Source of the DNA: Lepidodermella squamata
Taxonomy: Eukaryota; Animalia; Gastrotricha
Assembly (NCBI GenBank): GCA_047495785.1
Contig: JBLDXI010000003.1
Span: 434,001 to 498,000 of the forward strand
Direction of reading: 5' to 3'
DNA length: 64,000 nucleotides
Shown: positions 1 through 12,200 of the stretch, piece after piece
Layout of the letters: every line of letters starts with the position of its first letter
How positions within the stretch are numbered: the first letter of the stretch is position 1
Made by a program: the position numbers and the translations under genes
The notes under the pieces: model-generated
Databases searched by the model: none
The model's input: only the letters and a program-made list of their open reading frames with translations
Told to the model about the DNA's origin: nothing

Positions 1-3000
1 GTGGAGGACCGGCATGGACAATGGCACTCTAACGGAGCCGCCTTTCAATGATTCAAGAAACACTTATTCCTTCGACACCAGCTGCGTTATGCCGTCGTCG
101 GGCGTCGCGAAATTTCGCATGATCTACCAAAGCGTGTTCGACGTCATAACTGTTAGTTTCAATAAAAATTGACTCACAATATTGATTTTTGCGATTTGAA
201 GATGATGGCTGTTCCTGGTTCTGGAGGAGCTTCTTGCTCTACCGTAGTGAGATTCTCGGGATTCGCTGTTTACATTGGCTACCAAATGATACAAGGAAAG
301 ATAACCCCAGCATTCTACGCAGTTAATGGAGCAGATGGCGATGTTCTCGTGAAAAAAATGCAAGTCGATTGCAAATTTACAACAATATCTCTCGAAGATC
401 TCCCGATTCTCAATTGCATGGAGTAATCGTAATGGAGCTGGAACCCGCTGAAATAGCGAGCACAAAGGCCATATCTCGCACCGTATCTAGACGCTGAACA
501 ATAAACTAATTTACGAGCGATCACGCGCGCGCGCACACCGAGCACAAAAGAAACGCGCGCACACCATAACACCGTAACGCGTCGTTTTGTAACCCATTAA
601 AACCAGCTAAACCACTCGCAACTTTCTCTGTTTTACTCGTTTTTGTGTTAATTCTTCATTTATTCTCTGATTTTAAATTCTACTCGGTTTCACAAAATCA
701 CAACGATTGAAAAATAATCAAAAATCATGAAAACTAAGCGGCTGAATTTTTGGGAGAATTTTTCAATTCGCAAGAACGACGGTGAAAACCTCATTAAATG
801 TCAGCCGCTTGAAACTGCTCTTCTTTTCAATATTATTTACTACGTAACGCCCTATTACGTTGCCCTATCTATTGTTCTATGCCGATGTGTGCGTGATGCA
901 TTTTCGAACGCACAACGACGAGCGCGCACGCAATTTTCGCCACCACCCTTTCTTTGTTAACAGGTGGGCGCGCACCTGTTCAATGTATAACATTATAACA
1001 ACGACGTACCGATAGATGAAAACGAGCTCAATCGGTACAATTTTACTGCTTGATAACAGCTATTATCGTTTAGGCTCTGGAAAATTCAGAAAATTGGTAC
1101 CTTTCAACAGTTATTTGCGATTACCTTCAAGACTATAAATGACATAAAGACGCAATTTAGACGTACCGACTGCTCATGATTCAGCGGTTTCGTTGACATA
1201 AAATATAAGAAAAACCGATAAAAAATGAGTTTGCTAGAAAATATGTTGGTTTTAAATAGTGAGACAAGCACCCGAGCGGTTACGCAACACGCTCTATTGT
1301 AAGTACGCGAGCGGCAGCGCGCGCGCACCATCAGATAACTCTTTGTCGCTGCGCGCAGTTCCAACTCCATTTTTATTCCTCCATGCTCAATTCGCTCATT
1401 TCCACATACTTCGAAGATCTCTGACTTTTTCTGGTCCCCGGTTCATTTGTTTAACTGTGAAATATTGTGTACAGGTATATTTGGGGGCTCACCGAAGATA
1501 GCCCATCTCTCCCGGATTTGTACACGCTCCCTCTTCCAGCAAACTTTGGCAAGACGACTCTAGGCGGCTATGCCAGCTACGACTACACGGGGGAGTACAA
1601 TTGGACAACCAAGCCGATTGTTCCGTATACTACCTCCCCAAACTATCCGCTGATCAGCAGCACTCAGAAGCCCAGAACATTGAGCTCCTCGGTTATTTTT
1701 TCAAATTCGAAAATTCCTGCGGAACTTTTAAATAATTAGTTGATTAATTACAGTACTACTTCTCATTCTTCAAAGATTTTCGATTCGAGTTCGACTTTGA
1801 CGTTAAATGTAGCCAAAATAATGCTCAAGCCTGGCTGGGCATGATCTTCAGTCTGAAGACAAATAGCCCGGGAATGGGTAAGATGATGCAAAGACCGCTT
1901 TAAAAAAATATCGACCGTGCTGTTTCCTAGTTAAACTCGGTGGCTCCGCGGATTACAATGGCGTAAATAACCTAATGGGCTTCGGCATCTGGCAGAACCT
2001 ACAAACTAATCGCGGCGAATTTTATATCGGTTATTACCCGAACAAAACCGAAAATGTCACAATCCCACCAGATGGGACGATATCATCGCTTGCGGGATGT
2101 GGCGATACAGCGTTTTTTGATTCATCTGGCAGCGCGAGCTATCGAATCATTGTCCAGCACGTTAACGATTCTATGAGCGTCGCATTGGCGAAACTGCCCG
2201 CTAGCGGCTATACAGCTTCATACGACTGCATCACAAATTTCCCGGTTCCAGGATTTCGCAACAGCGCTTACACTGAATCAATGCTTTATTCGTTACAAGG
2301 AATGGGGAGTCAGAGTGCTACCGTTTCTCTCCGAAAAGCGTATATTTCACGTACCAAATTTTAAACATGATTTTCTTTTTAATTTTGTAGACTTGTTTGG
2401 CAGCTGGCTGAAGGAGCAGCGCCGACGCCGGTTCCTAGATCGACTACGACTATTTCAACTAACTCTACTTACAGTTTTGGTGGAACAACTAACTCTGATT
2501 TTACGGCCTCCCCTCTGCCAACTACAACGCCAATTTCTAGTGGTGGCATGTCAGCAAGTTCTAGCTATGCTACAACAATCAACCCTGATTCAACGGCTTC
2601 CCCAATACCAACTAAGGCACTAACTGCCCAGACGAAGAAGCCTGCTACGACGAAGATTGTTACGGTTGATCCAGAAAAACCTACAAGTGATAGAGCTCCA
2701 ATCCCCGATCCGTTGGATGGGAATTTCGAGCCTCAAGTCCAATATGAAGATCTCGAAGCTTGCCCATTTCTGAGTGGAAAACGCAGATCGCCCGAGTTGA
2801 ATACGACCATTTATCTAACCTTCTCCGTAGAGACTTTGGTTTCTATCGACCAAGTCAACAGTGCGATTTCGCTATGGGGCTCTCTGCTGGTTCAGTGGCC
2901 GATAATGTCTTGCTCAGCAGATTACACAGCCCCGGACGCGGACGTCACAGAACGAGTAATTCCAGCCGATAAAGCTAATTTCTGGAAGCCGAAAATCATC

Positions 3001-3795
3001 AAACCTAATTCTACAAATGATGTATACTTCAGCGATGCGAACTATGGCGAGAAGGCTACGATAATGTACTACGGAACGCGGCCCAATCGAACGCTGTTTT
3101 TCCACTGGGACCGGGTTGGGACCTTCACGTCATCGTGTGACTTGGACCTTTCGAAGTTCCCCTTCGACTCACAGACCTGTCAATTCACCTTCCTGTTGGA
3201 CGAACCGGCCACTTTTGTAGTAATAGGTGGGGTTTATGTTCATTCGTACGTCTCCCTTTCGAATGGAATTTGGACCCTAATGAATGCGCAAGCAAGTTAT
3301 GGAACCTGCTCATCTCCATCTCGAACTGGCGCGCCAGTTTCTTATGGCGATATTACCCTAACTTACAAACGCGACCCGACCTATTATATTGTTAACCTTT
3401 TGATCCCTTGCTATCTGCTGATAGCTCTCGCTCTTGGTTCCATTCTTATGGAACCTGAGCTTCCTGATAGGCCTGTTCTTTGTTCCACAGCTATGCTAGC
3501 TCTAGTCGTAGCTCAGTCTGACGTTATGGGCAGTGTCGCCTCAACTTCGAAACAACTACTTTTCACCAATTACGTGCTCATGCTGTCTGGTATTGTTGCG
3601 TCGATCGCTATCTACGAAATTTGGGCTACTACTGTTAGCATGACTGATCGGTTCAAGCAATTGAGCACGACGCCTGTTAATATCACCAAGTCGATTCAGA
3701 TACCAATTCTTCGAGCGATCGATTCGCTAGTTTTCGTCAATGCAGTAGAAGCGCTTTTGATTGCTAACCTATATCTAGCAGTTTCCTCAATGTAA
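1..3795 (+). CDS. Cys-loop ligand-gated ion channel subunit with large N-terminal extension, copy 1 (5' end outside window; multi-exon)
   Basis: Last exon encodes the Cys-loop CDLDLSKFPFDSQTC, a WxP motif (FWKP) and four hydrophobic helices. Upstream exons join in frame via GT-AG introns and one GC-AG intron (360-1474), and are paralogous to copies 2 and 3. Confidence 0.9.
417..1385. mobile_element. Non-autonomous hAT-like DNA element inserted in an intron of channel copy 1
   Basis: Imperfect TIRs (catggagtaatcgtaatggagctggaac / gttccaactccatttttattcctccatg), flanking 8-bp duplication ctcaattg/ctcaattc; the homologous introns in copies 2 and 3 are only ~120-140 nt. Confidence 0.7.
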
Positions 3796-6585
3796 CACAA
3801 GATGCTGATCCCGACATGCGATTTGGTCCCATTCAACATGAAGTATCATAGGTTGATGGGCAATTATTCAACTCAGGTTCAGTTTCAGTTCAAGTTGGCC
3901 AATGTTGTTCGATGAAAGCTCGAATTTTTCGAGCTCGATTTTGTAGCTCTCAAGATGCGCTTTCCGAATGGAAACTGCGCTTTGTTTTTATTTTGGCTTG
4001 TTGGCTTGAATTTTTCATTTTCTGTAGTTTTGCAATAGCCGAATGTTGTTGATTTTTGTTATATTCACGTCGTTACGCAGTTTCAGCAGCGATATAAATA
4101 ACCTTTTCTCGTTTTTTTCCCATTTTTTAAACTATCCAACTGTTAAGATTGGCTCAATATTTAATTGGGAATGCTCAATTTTTCACTTTTTTAGTCTTAG
4201 CAGAAGACTGCACGAAAATACGTGTGTCGGCAGGAGCTGAACAGGTGGCATATATATCCTGACAAAAGAGAACTACTGTGGAACCTCGATTTCTCGTCAC
4301 CTTTCCGTCTGACGGGAAATCGCAATATGTAAATTGTTTAGGAGCGACTTGGACCCGTAGAGTGCCATTAACACGCAAAACAGCCTGGATTTCCAGTCAG
4401 GATTTTCGTGGAACCGCAGAAGAGGGGAAATCGGGGTTCCACTGTAGAACTCCAAGCCATTTCCGCTATATCCCTGCCTAGTCAGGCATTTTACCACGTC
4501 GGGAAATCTAAAAAATTGCGCAAAAAATAATACTCATTTTTCACTTATCAGACACTTTTCGAAGGAGGAGTATAAATACAACAACAAAAACACAACAACA
4601 ATGTAGCGGATAAGCTAATTAAAGTCTCGGATCGTTTAGAGTTACTCTCAATGGGTCTTTTTCAATTGAAAGTAAACTGTCAATATATAGAGATTACACT
4701 CCCAATAATAGGCTCATTGGGAGTGCACTTTCAAGGAATGAACTATTGAAAGTTCGGAGAGGACCTTGAAACCTTGCATGGAGAGTTCACCACCTACGGC
4801 AAAGATGTTTTGCTGTTCTATTGATAAAGAACATGATTACTTACACGCTTTTAGAAGGCTTCTTCGGAGGCTGCCAGACCACCGGGTTGACGGCCGGCCG
4901 CGAGTGCCAACTCGGGTCGACTGTTTTTCAATGGTAAGTCATCCGACTCGTGAGATATGAAAAGGAAACATCAAGAAACATCAATGAGGAGATTCAGATG
5001 GACCTAATGAGCAAGTTTGCTACAGGAAGTGTTAGGGCCCGATTTCGGCCCGTGTGCGGTCGGGTAACGGTGATTTGCAACTCCGCGCTCGGGCTTCATT
5101 AAAACATGCCCGTATGCGACGTTTATGTTATAAGAGCACTAATCGCAACGTTGAGAGCTGAGAAAAGAAAGTTTGCTTGAAGTAAAAATTAAGTAGTAGC
5201 AGCAACCGTTTACTTCAGCAATTCAACAAATTTTACCAACTCTCGCTCGACTGCGACCGGGCCAGCCCAGGTGTCAGCCCAAGCACGGCGGAGAACAATG
5301 GTATTGTTGAGCGCACTCAGGTTGCCGGACGTAGGCTGTCCTAGTGCGAAACCGTGCCAGTGATCATCGCTCTTCGCAGGAAGTAAGTACAAGGCAGGAC
5401 TTAAACCCCGTTTGAAAAGAATACTGGGCAGTGTATTATAATTTGTAAAATATGCTACGCAATTAAAAATATTCAGCAACTATTTTATTTTGCGGGGTTC
5501 AAACATTGATGGCTAATAACGGGGGTGGGCGGATAGCGGGGTCGCAGGTCGCAGTTGTCGGACAAGTAGGAAGCACTTAACTTGTGCGGAGGTGAATGCT
5601 AGTTTGGTGACGCTGTATGACACGTCCTTTGCAACAACGTCATTAAACGCAATTTATCTGGCAGCAATTTGCCAAATTTCCATTCCCGCTGATTGTTATC
5701 GCTACCAAACTCTCATTGGCACTGGTCCAACCAGCTGTAGGAGACAGTTTGTCAGCAGAATTCTTGTAAGGATAGCGTGGAAGGTAAATGTATCGGAATA
5801 AACCTAGGAACACGTACCGTATTTGCTCATACTTAAGCCTAGCCTTATGTTTGTGTACATTTCGAAAAATGACCCTCTTGAACTACACTCCGAGTATGAG
5901 GCTCTATAAGAAGTACTGCATGAATATTTGGATTCACACGAATATTAGTATCAGCATTATTTACGAGCAAATACTGTAGGAGTGTCATGGTAAAAATACC
6001 TTTGTTACTTTGATTCGTTCGCAATTCAGTTCGCCCGAATCTGGAAGCCGCAATAACTACAGAGAGGCTCAAGACGAACTTAATTATTATCCTTCCGTAT
6101 TGCAGGACAAATCTTCTGGTTTGGTACATCACTACTGAGAACTAGCTATTCATGCCACGTGATCACGCGGACTTGGATCCGGCGAAAGAAGGTTATAGAA
6201 GTGGGATACATCACGGTACATCATTGTTGAGCTTCACTCTTTGAAAGAAGCAGTATTTGGACCTTTTTATGTCTTTAAGCTTCAATCTTCAATCACTTTC
6301 TGTTCTAGTTACGTGGTACATTAATTTTCTCCCCGCACATGCTTTGCTATGGCGCGTAGCTAGCAACATCTCAGCCAATCTGTGTCATGTGATTTTTTTA
6401 GCGAAAAGCACTGATACAGTGCTCAGAAAAAGTCATGTCAAGGGGGGAGAAGGCGTCACCTGTTTAAAAACACGTGCTTCCAAAAATTACACGCGATCAC
6501 TTTTATTTCAAAATTCAAAAACAAAAAATAACAAGTTAACAATTTCAACCAAATAAAAATTGAAATAATCCAGAACTGTTTTAAA

Positions 6586-7897
6586 ATGACTGGTGCTAAG
6601 AAATACAAACTGGAGGAGAGGAAGGACATGGTAAAATGGTTCTTTCAGTTCGGCAATATCGACAAAGTCCAAGAAGAATTTACCAAAGTCTATAACAAGA
6701 CGCCGCCTCATGCCAGAACTATAAAAAGGAACGTTGACAAATTGGAAAAATTATGTGAGGATTTAGCAAACCTGATTTCGTTGTTTTAATGTATGTGCCG
6801 GTCATTAGTTTCTCTTGCAGATCGACCTCGTTCCGGCCGACCAAGCAAATTGACGAAGGAGGCTGCCGCGAAAATAGTTGAAGCGTTCAAAAAGCGCCGT
6901 GTTGTCGATCTTGATCGTGTTGCAACAAAGCTTGGAATGCGCAGAGCAACGCTCTACCTGCACCTGAAGAAGCGATTGCGGCATTACCCGTACAAGCTGC
7001 GACTCAGCCAGGTGCTATTGAAGGGTGACAAAGCTAGTCGCTTGAAGTTCTGCAAACAAATGATCACTATGCATAAGCATGATGAGACATTTTTGTCTAG
7101 TATTCTCACCACGGATGAGTGTCAGTTTCGCACCAACGGAATCTACAATCGCCAGAACGTGCGAATTTGGGCTCCGCGGCCAGAAAGATCGGGTAAAGGC
7201 ACTGCCAAGACCAAGCGCATACGACTTCATTGCCCTCGCCGTACTCAAGATTCGAAGGGTGTTATGGTGTGGGCTGGCATCTGGCAAGGCGAGCTTATCG
7301 GGCCTTTTATTACAGCTCGCTCGGGCGAATCCACGCAGACAGGTATTCTGATTACATCTAATAAAACAAAAATAAATTCGAAATATCAGGCGACAGCTAT
7401 GTTAAAATGCTAAAAAATGAAGTTATGCCGGCTTTGAAGAAAATCGGGCAGAAAAAATTTGGCTCTGATTGGAAGAAACATTTAATTTTTCAGCAAGATG
7501 GCGCTTCGGTGAGTTGAAAAACGATGGAAACAAATTGCCGCTAATTTTACCTATCGCCTAGGTGCACTTTGAAGGAAAGGTTCGAAAATGGTTGAATAAA
7601 ACATTTCCGAACAAATGGATCGGTAGGCATGGTGATCTCGACAAGGCGCTTTTGCATTGGCCGGCCAGGAGCTGCGATCTTGCTCCCTGCGATTTTTTTC
7701 TTTGGGGTGCTTTGAAGCGCCACATTTATGATCCCAATAAACCCAGGATCAAATCATCATCGACGCTTATACGCCGCATTAAGGCGGCGTTCAAAAAAAT
7801 CACCAAGAAAACGCTCGAAAAAATTCCTGCTACCTGGCTGAAAAGAATAAGGCTTTGCTATCGTCATCGCGGCCTTCATTTTGAACATCGTCTCTGA
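6586..7897 (+). CDS. Mariner-family DDD transposase, 4 exons
   Basis: N-terminal HTH with RSGRP, then TDE...FQQDGA...WPARSCDLAPCDFFLWG; three GT-AG introns (~6754-6808, ~7343-7390, ~7509-7561) restore one open frame. Confidence 0.9.
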
Positions 7898-8032
7898 CAA
7901 AGAAATTTATCGGAATAATGAGATGAGAATGATGAGATTAGAAATGATGGATATTGAGATGAAATGAAATGAATTTTGGATTTGGAAAATAAATTGAGAA
8001 TTTGAACTCATTAGCGGTTTGTTTTGATTCAG

Positions 8033-8104
8033 CCTAATCCGCCTAATCCGCCTAATCCGCCTAATCCGCCTAATCCACCTAATCCACCTAATCCACCTAA
8101 TCCA
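8033..8104. repeat. 9-bp tandem repeat (CCTAATCCR) x ~8 inside the mariner element
   Basis: Directly visible; explains the spurious minus-strand ORF ...IRWIRRIRR. Confidence 0.9.
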
Positions 8105-8191
8105 CATATTTGCAATGAATGGGAGCGTAATCAACTGTTTTGGTCGCGTGCCGTGAAATTAAGTTCTCTCACCCTCTTATGAATTTTTTCA

Positions 8192-8631
8192 ATGAAACTT
8201 CGAATAAATTCAAATAATTCAACATTACATTCTACTGTGAACAACCTATTATTATGTAAGCTCTAGAAATTAATGAAGAAAAATTAATTTTCATTTTTAA
8301 TTTAGTTGAGTCGTCGAACAACCGCTATAATGAAAATGAGATCAATGTGCTTCAAAGTGTTGTGAATAGATGCCTCGCCGCGAGAAAGGCGCCAACAAAA
8401 CAAGTGCTCAAAAACGCTAAGACGAAAGATCCTTACTTTTTCGCGAGATTTCCTGGCAGAAAAGCAAAGAGTATTCTTCAGAAAGCACAAGCCATGTATT
8501 TTGATCAGCTCGAGAAGGCTGCTGTCGCTGAACTTATCGCTGATCTCCCTGAAGAAAAAACGCAGAAAAACGCGAAAAAACGCAAGGCCGAAGGTGAAGA
8601 CGGCGGCGGAGCCAGCAAGCCAAAGAAATAA
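8192..8631 (+). CDS. Putative second (cargo) gene of the mariner element; ~130-aa basic protein with NLS-like KKRK/KPKK tail
   Basis: ATG at 8192, GTAAGC donor near 8256 and TTTAG acceptor near 8304 join in frame to the 8347-8631 ORF. Confidence 0.5.
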
Positions 8632-9263
8632 GCAAAAATTGACAATAACAAAGAGGCTTGGACCGCATAATTTAAGATTTTACTTGTAAAAATATAAATT
8701 GCCAGTGCTCTTGATAATTTGAGAGTAAACAAGTTAAAGATTAGAACTGAATGTGTTCTCTTCACATGTTAAAAGCTTTACATTTTAGTCGTCTAAATTG
8801 GCTTGTGTCAGCGTACAACATGTTACATTGCACATGTGATACCGCTGAGACCCCTTGACATGACTTTTTCTTAGCACTGTAGATAACAGGTTAAATCACT
8901 CAGTATTTTAGTTTGCACAGAAATGAAGTAAAATCTAGGCCTGAAAGTCGATAGGCTGAAATATCCTGATCACAAAACGTAGAGTACGCGCTGCCATCTA
9001 TATCATCTATAATTCATGAACCATGAGCAAGCGTTAAGAGCTTTAGAACTAACATCGAAGACTGGTGCCTTTGTTATGCCCCAATATAGTCTTCAATATA
9101 TATAGGAAAGTCTACAAGTCTCCAATAGATCGAGACTCCATTTAAAATTCAGTAAACACGTGGGTAGTAAGTGTGCAGCGAGGTAGTACGTGGGCAGTGC
9201 GTCATTTTTGACCAGGTATCCGGTATCCCCTCTCGAACTCTAGCAATTGCCTCATTCAGCCTG

Positions 9264-12200
9264 ATGCATAGAAAGATCTTGTTTATCCTAAAAACGGCTT
9301 TGATTTCGGCAGTTATTGCAGGGTATGATCCCTCGCCGGATACAAACTCGCTACAATTACCAACAGGGTTCAGTGGACCGCCGTTGTATGTGCCGCGATT
9401 GTCGTTCGACGGTGAAAACGCGACGATCAACAGCAATGGCACATTCACAACGTACTACGCTGCCCGGAAAGTTGCGAATGGCTACCAGCTTAACAACATG
9501 TCGGCGGCGAATTCATCTCCAAACGAGACTCTCGCTATATTACAAGGACAGGTCAGTTCATGATATTCAAGACTGGGATTCATTTAAAGGTCAAGTCATC
9601 CTAAAGTTTAGTTTCAAAGGAATCACATGGAAGCGTCTTAGAACATGCTTATCCCAGACGAAAATCAGTAGACCGAGAGCTCAGTAGATCGTACGTAGAT
9701 CCAAAAGGCAAAATATCCGTCCAAAATTGTTTTTTTTCCGACCTATTGTCGATCTATTAAACTGGATCTACGGGCATCGATCCTGTGTAGGTCCTAATTT
9801 TACCATTCAATCTACGTAGGGTCGAACCCTTACGATCTACCCCAGTGTCAAATTTAGACCGAGCCATGGTCTACTTTTTTTCGACTGGGATGCAGGAAAT
9901 TTGAATTGCGAACCTTCAAATTTACAGCTGGGAATTTAAATTCTAATATGTTCGGTATTCTGGCTACTCCGAACTTGAGTTTAGGCCTGGGCTTCAATAT
10001 CAGGTAGCATCTATTGGAGGAATTGCATGGATTCATCGGCGTATATCGAAAACTTGAAATGCGATTTCTAGTTGATGAATAGGGAAACTTCCGTTTGTTG
10101 AAGCTCTTGCAATTGACCTTTTCACAGAAAGTGGGCAGTGACGGACTGAACCTCGTAAACTGGCGCATTGAGTATGAAGTTGAGCTTCGCTACAAAACCA
10201 GCGGACCAACCAAATCTTGGCTGGGGTTCTCTCTCTCATCGGATCGATTCATCCCGAGTAAGTATTTGAAACGCTCGATGTCAATAGTTTGGTCCACTTT
10301 CTTCATCAAAAGGTCTCTCGTCCGGTTCATCGTATTACGACGTGTTCACGAAGTATGGCTGGAGCTTACTGGCTTTTCTCAAGCTAGAACAGGGCGGCAA
10401 CACGGTGATCACCTGGAGGGCTACCATGGACAATGGCACTCCCGCGGCACCGCCGTTCAATGAACCAAAGAACACCTATTCCTTCAACACCAGCTGCGTT
10501 ATGCCATCCTCAGGCGTCGCGAAGTTTCGCATGATCTACCAAAGCGTATTCGACGTCATAACTGTGAGGGTCAATAGATAGCAATTTGTCTTACGACTGA
10601 TTTTTCGATATACAGATGATGGCTGTTCCGAGTTCTGGAACAGCTTCTTGCTCTTCCGTGGTGAGACTCACTGGCTACGCTGTTTACGTTGGCTATCAAA
10701 TGATGGATGGTTCGCTTACTCCAGCATTCTACGGAGTTAATGGCGCAGATGGCGATGTTCTCGTGAAAAAAATGCAAGTTGATTATTATTTCCAGTAATA
10801 TTGTGTATTCATATTCCTATAATACTTATTCCCATTACATAGTTGCCAATTTTTCCAAGTTTTTTTTAAGACATACTTACGTACGGTTTGTAGGTACCTT
10901 TGGGGCCTCACCGAAGATATGACATTCCTTCCAGATTTGTACACGCTCGCTCTGCCTGCTAACGTCGGGAAGACCACACTAGGCGGCTATGCCAGTTACG
11001 ACTACACGGGAGAATACAATTGGACAACAAGGCCGATTCTTCAGAATTCTTCGACAAGCTATGCTCTTATAAGCAGCACTCAGCAGCCTAGAGCATTTAG
11101 CTCCGCGGTAATTATATATAAATGGGGGAAATTCTTGTAAAGTTTGATCTATTGCAGTTCTACTACTCTTACTTCAAAGATTTTCGATTCGAGTTCGACT
11201 TTGACGTGACATGTAGCCCAACTAATGCTCAAGCCTGGCTGGGCATGATGTTCAATCTTAAGTCATACGTACCAGGAATGAGTAAGATCCTTTTAAGCAT
11301 CTTTTTAAAACACATACTTGCGTGCTATTTCCCAGTTAAACTCAACGGCTCCGCGGAATACAACGGCGTGAGTAATCTTATGGGCATCGGCATCTGGCAG
11401 AACCTGCTACCTAATCGCGGCGAGTTATATGTCGGTTATTTCCCGACAAAAACCGACAACGTCACGGTTCCACCCATTGGGACACTATCGTCACTTACCG
11501 GTTGTGGTGAAGCAGCGTTTTTCAATGCATCTGGTAGTGCTAGCTATCGCATCATTGTCCAACAAGTTAACGATTCTGTGAGCGTCGCCCTGGCGAAACT
11601 GCCCGCGAATGGATATACAACTTCCTACGACTGCATCACAAATTTCCCAGTTCCAGGATTTCGCAACAGTGCATTCACTTCATCTATGCTGTATTCCTTG
11701 CATGGAATGGGAAGCCCAAGTGCTGCAATTTCCTTTCGAAAAGCGTATGTTTTCGGTAAGACATGTTAACTATATGCCTGAGGATTTTGTGCTTCGTAGA
11801 CTGGTTTGGCAGCTGGCTGATGGAGTAGCCCCAACTCCAGTTCCTAGATCGACTACGCCAATTTCAACTAACTCGCCAATTTCTAGTAGTGAGACTTCAA
11901 CAAGCTCTAGTTACTCTACTAGTTATTCTACCAGAACAACAAGCAACCCCAGTTCTATGGCCTCCGCACTGCCAACGAAGCTATTAACTTCCCAGACTAA
12001 AAAACCAGCAACAACAAAGATTGTTACGGTTGATCCTGAAACAGCTGGGAGTGATAGATCTCCAATCCCTGATCCGCTGGATGGGAATTACGAGCCTCAA
12101 GTCCTTTATAAAGACCTCGAAGCCTGCCCATACCTGAGTGATCAACGCAGATCGCCTGAGTTGAATACAACCATTTATCTTACTTTTTCAGTTGAAAAGC

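Larger units (their letters stand above)
6417..8879 (+). mobile_element. Full-length Tc1/mariner element (rosa/DD41D-like lineage)
   Basis: 29-bp TIRs cagtgctcagaaaaagtcatgtcaagggg / ccccttgacatgactttttcttagcactg (1 mismatch), TA target duplication on both sides, internal transposase. Confidence 0.95.

Noticed and set aside
4240-6130. Short ORFs between channel copy 1 and the mariner (e.g. 5210-5479 minus)
   Set aside because: No recognisable motif or consistent splice model could be built.
7907-8134. ORF with IRWIRWIRRIRR repeats resembling an antimicrobial peptide
   Set aside because: Translation artefact of the 9-bp tandem repeat on the minus strand.
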